A DNA stretch of 20,000 nt. Origin: Peribolospora baueri. Its lineage: Eukaryota. Both the position numbers and the translations under genes were made by a program. The DNA lies in contig JAMDHS010000008.1 in NCBI GenBank assembly GCA_029717555.1, positions 357,851 through 377,850 of the forward strand, read 5' to 3'. Below are positions 1 through 10,605 of this stretch, in pieces (position 1 is the first letter of the stretch; every line of letters starts with the position of its first letter). A model generated the notes under the pieces. That model did not search any database, was not told the origin of the DNA, and saw only the letters and a program-made list of their open reading frames with translations.

Positions 1-1899
1 CGGAGAAGAAGGGAACGACGAGACCGCATCGACTTCGTCTTCCTCGACCTCGTTCCTACTCAGCTCGTGGAACAAGGCCAAGACTTCCACAGCGGACAAA
101 CAGGCTATCGCTTCCTCTGTCAACCAGGCTAGGGACGCCGTGAAGCGTTGGGGGACGAATTGGAACAACAAGAGGCTGGAGAGGAAGGGTTTGGTGGGTA
201 CCGCTGGAGACAATGGTCGGAGAGTCTGGAGTGGCGAAAGAGCGAGCGCGGCTGCCGAGGGGGAAGAGGGTACAGACGAGGGTGAGCAGGAAAGAACGGA
301 GGGTCAAAGGAGCGTATCGGACGCGCCGTCGCTGGGCCGCAGATTGATCGGCGGCGCAAGCCCTCCGGACCCGGGAAGCATGGGCGTCGGCCTGAGTCTT
401 TCGGTTTCGCCGGACCTGTCTCTGAACGGCAGCGCACGGAGAGCCGGAGCAGAGCAACAGGGTCAACATCGGAGGCCAAGGACGTTTTCTACGCCTGATC
501 CGTCGCCCGCGAGCGCGGAGAACTCGGAAGGGGGCAGCTCGGGGAGCGCGGGGAGTGCCGGGTCAGGTGGGAAGATGGATTACAGGGGCTATAGAGCACA
601 GAAGATGAGGCAAAGAGAGGCGGGCAAGCTAAAGGAGCGACAAAGCCAAGACAGTCTCGGTCAAGATACGAGCCGGGACCAAGAGCAGCGTACAAGCGGA
701 CAGCCGAGCTTCCCTTCTCGGCCGATGGTCTCTAATTGGGATGCTCGGCCTCCATTGCTTGCTTCTCCTCCCCGCGCCGTTCGGAAGAGCATCGAGTCTG
801 CTCCCGGCGCCCCCGCGGCACTGCTTGGCTCGCCAGAGATGACGAGGGCCCCTCTTTCTGCCCCTGGAGAAGAAGTCGGAGACGACGTTGCCACTGTCTC
901 TATCGCCAGTTCGCCTCGAAGTGGCACTGGCTTTGCTCCTTTCACTCCGACGACCGCCAAGCCCACGACCGGTCTTTCCTCCAAGGAGGCCACCTTTTTG
1001 TCTGGCATTGCGCCGCCGGCTGGTCCGGATGAGTCAGAGCTGAAACGGAGTGGCTCTGACGCTGGGGCGGCATCCAACTCCGTCCCCGCGACGGAATCGT
1101 TGGCAAAGGCCGCGGCCGATCAATCGAACGGCAAGTCAGCCACTCCCCGTCGTCCCACCTCTTCCTCCTCCCGAAACTTCAAGACAGAGCAGCCCAAAGC
1201 GGCTATGATGTCCATCCCTGGCATTCACGCCTCGCACCGCAACGTGCCTCAGTTTCAGAGTTACTCGCCTCCTGAGCCAGTCCATCCATCCGCCAGCCCG
1301 GGATCAGTGCTATGGAAGGGTGTGAGCATGTTTGGCAGGCGTGGACACCAGGGCCCGGCCGAGGTGGAGAAAGAGGAGGAAGGCAGACCCAGCTCATCTT
1401 CCTCTTCCACGCGAAGCAACCATCGCAGCCCGGGGCCGGGACTCGAGGACGAGCTTCTATCACCTCGCGACGATGCGGGCGCTCTTCCACAGTGAGTCGT
1501 CAAAGCCTTCAACCCTCCCAGTCAAACCCTCAGTTCTACCACCGCGCTTTCGTCGGCACTCACTCGCTATTCCTGTCATTCCGGTACAGACTGAAAGCCT
1601 CACCCAGACCGGAGACTAGAGGTAGGACGGAGTGGGACGCGACCCCACGAGCATCCACGTTCTCCTCGCATCAAGATAGGGAGGAGCGGCGTTGGGCCGC
1701 AGTCACGGAGTCCGATTTAGGAGAAGATCGGCGAGCCATCGCCTCGCCTAAAGTTCCGCCTCAGGGCCCCGGCGTCCCTCCGGACATGCCTGCTCGTACG
1801 CGCGCTGCAGTTTCGCCGTCCAAGAAGACGGACGAGGGCGGCGGCAAAGAGTTGCCCACACACTTGTTGATGGACCTTGACGGGAATCCTTGGTCGTGA
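1..1899 (+). CDS. 3' part (5'-partial) of a large protein with a Ser/Pro/Gly-rich, probably disordered C-terminus; possibly the tail of an Nvj2-like SMP-domain protein. join(<1..1491,1590..1899)
   Basis: Frame 2 is open from position 2 to 1491. A GTGAGT donor at 1492 and a TACAG acceptor ending at 1589 (98-nt intron) join in phase (CA|A = Gln) to the frame-1 ORF ending ...LLMDLDGNPWS* at 1899. The segment ADKQAIASSVNQARDAVKRWGTNW resembles, from memory, a conserved helix in basidiomycete SMP/DUF2404 (Nvj2-like) proteins. The product call is inference only. Confidence 0.75.
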
Positions 1900-2910
1900 A
1901 GCCTTGGCTCGATACGTGTCCGCGTTCCAGGTAAAGAGGAGTTGATGTTTTGAATTCCGTCTCCAAATCCATCCCTTCTGGCTGTCTTCATTGTTGCATC
2001 CTTCATCGGACACATATGTCTTTCCCTTTTCCCCGCTTTCCGTCCTGTCTTTTCTTCGAGGTTGTTGAGGAAGTCCGGAGCATCAGGGATATGTGTATGT
2101 GGCCGAACTCGCTTTTCAACATGCGACTGCAGTGGCTTCCTCACATGCTTTGATGACATTGTCACATACGAAAGCTGGGACAGCACGGCTGCGTCATAGT
2201 AGTGGCAGCACTCTCCTCAATGCAGACTTGAGATACCGTGACCACAAGCCAGCAACGAGTCATGAAAGTCCCGTGGGCGAGCAGATCAGGCTGCTCTTGT
2301 TGCACACTGGCAACGCCATGGTGAAGGTTTGAATATAGTGGAGGCTGAGGAGGCGGAGTCAGTCTGATGACGGCAGCTTTGTGGATCACAGTGCTCGAAG
2401 CGGTGATCACTGTCATAAGCACACCAGCCACGATGACCCTCTCCGCTATCAGCAACTGTACCTGCACAGTACCTTCTTCAGGGGCAAACTCGAGCGATGG
2501 GGGCCCAATCGTTCAGCTGGATTACACAGTGAAATCTGTAGTCACGTATTCATGCTACTCAATGCCCAGTGCTGCCCAAACGCCGATAGAGAGGACGGCT
2601 CTGTACACTCCGCTTGAGTCGCACGTGAGGTTGTCGCGTGGACTGGTAACAGAGGCAGAGGGAGCGCGAAAACGAGGTAAGGGAAGGAGTGAAGCTAGCA
2701 CCGCGCGAGCGAAAGCATTTCTGAAGGTCATAGTTGCTTAGACGCTGTATAGGATTCCTTCACTGTGCTCAGCTGAAGGCGCCAGTAGATAAAACGACGT
2801 GGATCGAAGAAAGTACGACTAAATGTACTCAAGTTCAAAAAGACTAAGCGAGCTCCGAGAACGAGTAGGGCTTGAGTATACAAGGCCTTTGTCGGTGCCT
2901 CTCCGAAAAA

Positions 2911-4880
2911 TCAAGACAAGAAGCCCTTCAACGCTCCTCCCACGTTGGCAGTGTCGATCCTGGAAAAGGACAGACGGAGGGAAAGACGACGTGATTAGCT
3001 TTGGACGCTCCGCCAGGATCCGGCGATACAGGGCCATGTCGACTCACAAGAAAGTGTCGTGACCATAAGGCGAATCGACCTCGTAGTATGAGACTCTGTT
3101 GTTCCCGTTCATCCTCAGACACTCGGCCAACTCGCGCTGCTGCTCGACAGGGAAGAGGATGTCGCTCTGGGCGCCGATGACGAGCGTGGGTATGTTGGAG
3201 AGGTTGCGCAGGCCTCGTGCCAGGGACGGGATGTAGGTCGACGCGGCGGGGTGCGTGAGTGTGGAGATGTGGGGGCGGGAGAGAGGCGGCGGTGAAGTCG
3301 CTTGGGAGGGATAGGCCGAGAGGGCGACGGCAGGTGGAGATGGCTCAAGTCGTGGAGAGTGCAGACCTGCCTGACCGGCCTCTTCGAAAGCCGCGCGCCC
3401 GTCCCATCTCCGCTGGAGGTCTTGAAGGGAGTCGTCAGACATGTCGAAAAGGTCCATAGCCTTGGAGATGTAGATGAGAGAGTTGGCATCGTATTTGAGA
3501 CAGAACGTCTCGCCTTGGTGGTCGAGGTACGTCTCGATAAGGAAGTCTGGACAGAGTGCCGGGTCCTCCTCCATATTCGCCTCCGCCCCCGTCTGTGATC
3601 CCAAAGCGATCGGCTCCTTCCCAGCGCGACCCCGACGCCGTCGCCCGAAACGCTGTTCCCATTCCGGACCGGATCGGTAAGTTATGGTAGCGATCTGACG
3701 GGCGAGCTTCATGCCGGTGTGAGGCGGGAGAGAGCCAGGAGCGTAATAATTGCCTCGGTTCCAGTTGGGGTCTGCCATCAGGACTGCACCGAGACAAGAG
3801 GAGAGGTTGACAGACCGATCAGCACATCAAGCCCGTGCCCTGCCCCGCCTCGATGAGACGCGACTCACCGCTCCTCTGAGCAAATCTCAGCGCGATGCTC
3901 GCTGGGCTGCTCCTGGCAGAGCCGGAAATGCTGACCACCCTCGACACCCTATCCGGTTCCAAATGGGCGGCAGCAACGCTCTGCATGCCGCCCATGGAGC
4001 TACCGACGCTGGCATAAAGCTTGTCGATGCCGAGGTGGTCGAGAAGAAGGAACTGCGCTCGAACCATGTCGAAGACGCTGATGATTGGGAACCTCGTTGC
4101 GTACGGCTGACCGTCAGAGGGATCGATGGACGAAGGGCCCGTGGAGCCGTAGCAGCCGCCAAGGACGTTTGTGCAGATGACGAACCACCGGTTCGTATCG
4201 ATAGCCTTGCCAGGGCCGATGAACTTCTCCCACCATCCTTGCGCCGGATTCGCCTCGCTGCTCCGGGCGTGGCTCGAGGCGGAGAGGCCAGTATGCAAGA
4301 GGATGGCGTTGGAACGGCCAGCGTTGAGCTGTCCCCACGTCTCGTACGCGATGTCGAAACAGGGAAGCGTGCCACCGTAGTCGAGGGGAAAGGGGTGCGG
4401 GTGATGGAATGTCTCATAGCCGGAGACGACCTTGGAGTACGCTGGCTCTGGGCCTGTCTCGTCGTCCGGAGCTGCCACCGTCGTGTTCGTCTCGGACGAA
4501 GGAGCGGTCCTGTGCAAAGGGCCAGGTTCCGACGACGGGCCGGCCAGCACCCCTCGTTCCCTCCGCAATCTCTCCGCCCTGCGTTCGTTGGCGTCCAGAC
4601 AAGGGAAGGACAAACTCGGGTTTGAACCGCCTGGTCTTCGCTCCCCCGCTCCGGCCTCGGTAGCAAGCCGCTGCTTCGGCCTTGCTCGCGGCGACTGAGA
4701 ACATGACGGCGGCGGCGGAATGGGGTGGTGGTGGTGAGGGTGCTCCACTCGTGCGTCCGCGATGGTCGACGAGGAGGGTTTGCCTTGGCTCGCAGAAGTG
4801 AAGATGCGTCGAGACGACGGGGGATGTCGCAAGGCAGAGCGAGTGACGCCCCAGAAGAGGCGAGGCGGCGGCGCGGCCAT
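2911..4880 (-). CDS. cys2: Serine O-succinyl/acetyltransferase, Cys2/CysA type (MetX/homoserine O-acetyltransferase alpha/beta-hydrolase family), probably mitochondrial, 598 aa. complement(join(2911..2959,3048..3783,3869..4880))
   Basis: Motifs seen: [27 protein letters not shown], nucleophile elbow [50 protein letters not shown] (catalytic Asp) and GHDTFL (catalytic His). HTGLSASSH in place of HALTG fits the serine-specific Cys2 clade rather than Met2. Introns 3784..3868 and 2960..3047 are GT-AG and restore the frame ([32 protein letters not shown]). The Arg/Ser-rich, acid-poor N-terminus looks like a presequence. Confidence 0.9.
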
Positions 4881-5165
4881 GGTCTGCGGAGTGGCAAAGA
4901 AAGGTGGGTTGGAGGAGAAGGGAAGAGAGTGCTAAAGCGATAAATGTCGTCAGTTCCGGAAACAAGTGAAAAGACATATATTTCTCTCCGTTCCCCCTCT
5001 TCCTCCCACCACCACTTCATCCATCCTCGACCTTCGTCCCGGCCGAACGACGATAACGCAAGATGGAAATCCGTCGTGACGCCGGATGGCGTGCTCGTCG
5101 GCCAATCGGAGAACGACGGCGCTCAGCGGATGACCAAGCATGACATAATCATAACTGCGTTGGTG

Positions 5166-5186
5166 CACGTGATATTTTTCACGTGG
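5166..5186. promoter_or_regulatory. Two closely spaced E-box elements (CACGTG at 5166-5171 and 5180-5185) in the divergent CYS2/hydroxylase promoter
   Basis: The sequence is gCACGTGatattttTCACGTGg. The first reads ATCACGTG on the minus strand and the second reads TCACGTG on the plus strand. Function is inferred, not shown. Confidence 0.4.
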
Positions 5187-5368
5187 CACTGGTTCCTCGC
5201 GTACTGCGGCGATCTGCATGATAAAAGACCCCAAGGAGCATCGGGGGCCATTCACGCGCAAGCGCGGAGCCTGGCAAGTTTTATTAAAGAGCGCCGCTGA
5301 CAGGGATGGAGGTGCACGGATCTACCCACTCGACGAACCGCCACCACAGAGACAGAGAGGCTCCATAC

Positions 5369-6986
5369 ATGACCACTCAAGCGCAACACGCCCGCGTGCT
5401 CGACGTGAACGGCCACGTCGACCAGTCCGCGCCCTCGCCAGCCGAGACGATGAAAAAGAAGGTAGTCTCTGAGACGCAGACTGACAACGGTGCCCCAGAC
5501 TTTTATGGCCCACGCCCAAAGACCACCTGGCATCTCAAGCCAAAGTACGGCCTCCTCGAGTGGCTCATGTCCATTGACATCGGCTCCCCCGAGACGTACA
5601 TGAAGAGGCCAGATTTGGCGGTCGGTGAGCCGCCTCAGCACCCTGCGTGGCGTGAGACGGTCTTCATCACCAGCTGGGCCCTTGCGCCCCTCGCATTTCA
5701 CGAACTGGTATCCAGGTTCCTTCTGAGTACGTATTTACGTTCTTATTTTGAGGAGGGTGGTGCGACTTAGCATCTCTCCGCTGACGCTTTGTGCTTATTT
5801 TTATCCAATAATGCTTGCAGAAGACAAGCCCCTTCCGCTCTCTGTCGCCGTCGTGATGTACACACTATTCTTCATCGGGTTCATGCTCAATGTGGTGCGT
5901 TACTCGTCGCTGAAATGGCAGTATTTTCCACCAAATGTGCGACTGACTGGACCTCCGCGCCATTGCCCATCGCCTCTCGTCCAGGTTCGCCGTCTTCATC
6001 ACTATCAAGCCAAGTATGGCGTGTTCGACCAGGCCAAGCGAGGCCGAGATATGGTGTCGGATCGCGACTACAAGCGGCTCGCGCTCGGTGTTCTCTTCGC
6101 CCTCTTCGTCCGCGCATTTGGACCCTTTCTCCTTCGATGGGATGTTCAGGCTCAGAAGAGCCCGCTCAGCCAGTTGCGCCCTGTTACCCCCGTCCTCATG
6201 GGCGTGTGGCTCATTGCGCTCGATTAGTGAGTTTTGTCCACTTCCTCATATGGAGATGTCAGACGCTGATCGCTCCCCTCTATCACCTTCAGCTTTTTTT
6301 ACTGCTACCACCGCACTTGCCACCAAATTGACGCTCTCTGGTGGGTCCACCGTCACCATCACACCACCAAACACCCCACGCCGATGCAAAGCATTCTGTC
6401 GGAGGATGTGCAGGAGGCGCTCGAGGTGATCATCATCCCTTGCCTGGCCACGTTCACCGTGCCCTACGTCAACTTCGCGGAGTTGTGGATGACCGGATAT
6501 TTCCTGTGAGTCGACGTCGCTTGGCCCGTCCGTCAATAACCCAGACTGATATAGACGGTCTCACTCCTTCGCGGTACGGCTATGCAGGATCTACGTCGAA
6601 GTGTTCGGCCACTCCGGCATCCGCGCCGAATTCGTCCACCCGTTCCTCGGCGATATTCTGAAGCCCTTGGGCATGGAGCTTATCGTGGAGGGTGAGTCAA
6701 ATGGATTCGGTTCTCGTTGTGGCCGCTCGTGCTTCTTTCTGATGAAAAGCTTTGTTTCTCGCTCACGCCTTTGCTGCCCGCAGACCACGACCTTCACCAC
6801 AGGTACGGCCGCAGCGGCCAAAACTACGGCAAGCAGACGAGGATCTTCGACAAGTGAGTCCGGCTGTTCCCTCCCTCTCTCCGTCCCTCCTCGTCACTGA
6901 CCTCTTGTCGCTCCACGTCCTCTGCCCCTCGGCCATTAAGGATATTCGGAACGATCTCTCCTCGCGTCGAATGCCGACCGACCTAG
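5369..6986 (+). CDS. Fatty acid hydroxylase/sterol desaturase superfamily membrane di-iron enzyme, about 368 aa. join(5369..5726,5821..5894,5985..6226,6293..6505,6588..6691,6784..6853,6941..6986)
   Basis: Six GT-AG introns splice in phase (1107 nt in total). The product has the His boxes DYFFYCYHRTCH, HRHHH, GHSG and DHDLHH, the C-terminal NYGKQTRIFDKIFGT signature, and hydrophobic transmembrane-like segments. An in-frame upstream ATG at 5306 could add 21 aa. The substrate cannot be determined from sequence. Confidence 0.9.
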
Positions 6987-8118
6987 GCTGGTCGGCTCAG
7001 GTAGGGTAGAATCGGTTCGCTCACTGAGACGGACGCATGGACGGGCTGTTGTTGATCAATATGTAGCATGATAGACACGAGGTCTTGGGGAAATCTCTTT
7101 GTACGACCAGATCGGATCGGATCGCAATGTCCCCGGAAGAGGTTGTCCATACCGTACGTGGGCATGTTCGTAGCATCGTACTCCAATGGAGTTTTTATTT
7201 CATCGCTTTCGTTCCTTGAGGGACCGTCCTTGGAGATGGCACTAGCAGTGAGCAGACCGTTCTCAGGCGGGCATGTGATTTGTCGATCCGTGTCTGAAGA
7301 TCTGCCAGGCTGGGTCGATGCAGGAGAAGGCCGGCCCGGAGCAGGGCGTCCATCGTCCTTCGCTCTCTCTCCATCCCATCGTCTCGAGCGAAAAAGCAAC
7401 GCGACGCACATGATAGACGGGGGCGATAGTGGCGCGTATGCACGGGCGCGTGCGCCGTGTTGTGTGCCTGTCCCCAGCGTACCAGCCAAAAATGACGGCG
7501 CGTGAAAATGGCCACTGGACCACCGGAGAAGAAAAGCAAACGTGGTCGTCCACACATTGGTCCTCTAAGGTGCACGAATTGGAAATGACATGAAATGGAC
7601 TTTGGGGGTAGAGCGCAGAACCTGAGCGAGGACCGTTCTATCGGCTCCGAGTAGAGTACAAGAGGCGTAGATAGGTCTTGTATCGAGTAGGGGACAGGAT
7701 AATGGTAGTGCTCCGGCTTCGTACATATGTCGAGCGACCATTCTCGTCCACATCTCGCTCATATGAGCAGCAAGCTCCGTAAAAAGTAGACGCTGCCCAA
7801 GCTGTCCTGTTATGAAGCTGGGTTGATCAAAGTCATCATAACCTTAGGGTCGATTGCCGTCGGCGTCACGGACAGCCCCTGCCCTGGCGCCAGTCGTTTG
7901 ACACATTCAGCCATGACCACCATCCGCATCGTCGTCGTTATTTGATGGGCTTGTTCGCCCGCCTCTGTTCAACATAGTCGTACCGAGACCCTCTGGCATG
8001 ACCTGGGCGCCCCCGCCGTCCTTTCGGGCCTTGCAATCTTTCCTCCTCGCCGTAAAAGATGTGCGGCCGACTCGATTGAGCTGAAGAGACGGGCATCTAT
8101 CATTCGCGCTGCGCTCCA

Positions 8119-9011
8119 TTAGGATGCGAGCAAATGGACGACCTTCTCGGCGCCAACGACTCTCGCCGCCTCCAATGGGGTCCACCCTTGTTCGTCCCTG
8201 ATGTCCTTCGAAGCTCCGCGCTCGAGAAGGAACCTCGCCCCTTCCGCATCGTCGTTCATGGCACACACGTGCAACGCCGTCTGACCCGCCGCTCCGACGG
8301 CATTAACGCCGAGATCGGCGTGGTTGGCGAGGAGTTCTTCAGCCTCGACGAGGTTGGACTGAGCCATCAGGCTTTGGAAGGTGCGTTGAAGACGGATGTG
8401 CGGGTGCGAGTCGAGATAGAGCTCTTCGTCCTGAGATGCGAAACAGGCGATGAGGAGACGGAGAAGATGGGAAAAGATCAGCTCAGCTCGGGCGAGTCAG
8501 TCAAATAAAACGAAACCCGTCCGAGGCGTGAGATCTTCGATGGCAATGGTCGGGCTAGACTTAATGCCTGGAGAGGGGAAGGACCAACGAAGACGCTCAC
8601 AATCTCCTCGCCCAAGTCAAACCCCTCCGTCCATCCACCCTCATTCCTCACATCAACGACCAGTTTCCCTTCCTCGTCCAAGACGCTCTGATCGCACCCA
8701 GGACAACGCGACCTCTCCTCTCGGTCTGGGAGGGACTTGAAGTGCTCGACGATGCAGGACCAGTGAAAGTGGTGGCCGTGCCGTGGCCTGGAAGATGACG
8801 TTGCAGAGCTGGGGCCCGCTCCTTCGGCGCCCCCACACCTGAGCTCAACATCGTCTATGATGTATGCCGGCTCACCCTCGTCTTCCACGTCCTCTTCCAC
8901 ATCCTCGTCCTCTACACGCGAAGGAATGAGAAGAGACTCGTAGCAGAGCGCGCAGACGTTGTGTGTACGTGACGCCTCTGTGGAGCTGCCGGCGGCCGTT
9001 GCGAGGGACAT
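8119..9011 (-). CDS. RING-H2-like zinc finger plus C-terminal ankyrin repeats, putative E3 ubiquitin ligase, 240 aa. complement(join(8119..8430,8601..9011))
   Basis: Exon 1 encodes CALC...C...HHFHWSC...CPGC. A phase-0 intron 8431..8600 (GTGAGC...CTGAC/CTGAT...CTCAG) joins FDLGEEI to DEELYLDSHP. Exon 2 has the ankyrin consensus GQTALHVCAMNDDAEGARFLLERGASKDIRDEQGWTPL. ATG at 9011 has an AAAATG context. Confidence 0.85.
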
Positions 9012-9483
9012 TTTTTGCGAGCGCAGGTTATTGAGGTCGCCGGAAACGTCGATGGCTAAGAAGAAGCGGACGTATGTAAGCAACCGCTGCTTAACCCTAA
9101 TCCGTCGTCCGCCAGTCTCGGCCGAGAAAGACAGCAAGCTGTCGGTCGCGGTCAAGAAGACGATCAGCATCAGGGTCACGATCAGCATCGACCATCTTCC
9201 ACCGCCTCGACATCTTCCGTCTTTGGGCGCCACCATCGTCCCTCTTCCGTATCCCCTACAGCCATAGCCCGCTTTATCGGCGAACGAAACGCGCTCGGCT
9301 ACGAAGGCGTCGGGGATAATCCAAGTCACGACCGGACGTCGCCGCTTCCGGCTGCCAAGGCGGTCTATCTCGTCTTACTATACAGCGACGAACGAACTTC
9401 TCGCCTTCCATCCGGTCGACCTGCCAACCATTCTTCTAATTCTCCTCTGGATTCAGCTTCCATCGTCCAGCTTGCGATCAACC

Positions 9484-10605
9484 ATGGGTGTCTCCTTCTC
9501 CTCCCTCTTCAACTCCCTCGCCTTCTGGTCCAAGAACACGGAGGTGCGCATCCTCATGCTCGGTCTCGACTCGTCGGGCAAGACTACTATATTGTATCGA
9601 TTGCAGGTGAGCACCGAGCTACAGGATCTTGGGTGGGGGAAGCGACGGCGTGCTTGCGATGTGCGGCAGAGCTGGTGTGGCGGGATGGTGCCGTCGAAGT
9701 GGTGAGGTATGCGGTCGAGGAAAGAAAAGAGAAATGAGCTGGAAGGAAGGAGGTCGAGCCGAGACGTCACGCGCGTATCGACACACTAGATGGGTGCCAG
9801 TAGACCGGCCAGACCTCGGCGGTCGTCGGATACCTGCCAGCTCGTCATTCTATAATCCATTCAACGCTTTCTTGACCTTCTTCCTTCACCTATCAGATCG
9901 GAGAGGTGGTCTCGACGATACCGAGTGGGTTGATCGCGGCTGTCTTGTCGCCTTGTTTGACGCGAGTCTCTACTGTGGACTGAGCTAATGGATCCTGCTT
10001 CGCGCGCACCCCAGCCATCGGCTTCAACGTAGAAACCGTACAATACAAGAACATTCAGTTCCAGGTGTGGGACCTCGGCGGACAGACTAGCATTCGGTCA
10101 GTCCTCTTCGCCCGTCGGCCTCCCTGTGCGCGCGCTCGGCTTCTGACGTTTACTCTTCTGGTTCCCTGCCGGCAGACCATATTGGCGATGTTACTACAAT
10201 AACACGGCAGCGGTCATCTACGTCGTCGACTCTGCTGACCGAGCTCGAATTCCGACCTCCCGATCCGAGCTCCTTGCCATGCTCTCCGAGGATGAGCTGG
10301 CGGATGCCAAGCTGCTCGTGTTTGCTAACAAGCAGGACCAGCCGGGCGCGATGAGTGCGGCAGAGGTGAGCGAGGCGCTGGGCTTGGACACACTCAAAGG
10401 GCGACAGTGGAGCATATTCAAGAGCGTCGCGACCAAGGGAGAAGGCCTCGAAGAGGGCTTGGATTGGTGAGCAGTTGGCGTGCTTTCGTTCACGCATCTG
10501 TCCTCTCTCCGCCAAAGCATCGCCCGCCGTACGTTTCTGACATGCCTGCCTCTGTTCGCCTCTGTGTTTTGGATCAGGCTGGTGAACGCGCTGCAGAACA
10601 AGTGA
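9484..10605 (+). CDS. ARL1: ADP-ribosylation factor-like GTPase 1 (Arl1), 183 aa. join(9484..9606,9897..9924,10015..10096,10176..10466,10578..10605)
   Basis: Myristoylatable MG N-terminus; P-loop [49 protein letters not shown] (Arl1-diagnostic); [13 protein letters not shown]. Four GT-AG introns give an in-frame 552-nt CDS. Confidence 0.95.

Noticed and set aside
1950..2741. Selenocysteine or TGA-recoding interpretation of the TGA-only frame
   Set aside because: Several flanking genes use TGA as a normal stop, the TGAs have no redox-motif context, I saw no SECIS, and Sec machinery is not known in Dikarya.
3750..5020. Long alternative ORFs (291 aa plus, 377 aa minus) over the CYS2 gene
   Set aside because: They are antisense or off-frame shadows of a well-supported gene, with no motifs.
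6987..8118. 1.1-kb gap between convergent genes with several 65-190 aa ORFs; examined for tRNA, snoRNA and pheromone precursor
   Set aside because: I found no cloverleaf with A/B boxes, no convincing C/D box pair, no CAAX-terminated repeat peptide and no coherent exon structure.
9012..9329. Upstream in-frame extension of the RING ORF with a transmembrane-like stretch (MLIVTLMLIVFLTA)
   Set aside because: It lies in the divergent promoter region shared with ARL1, the ORF starts at GTG, and the hydrophobic stretch comes from a short local duplication (cgatcagcatc twice). ATG 9011 has the better context. It cannot be fully excluded without transcript data.
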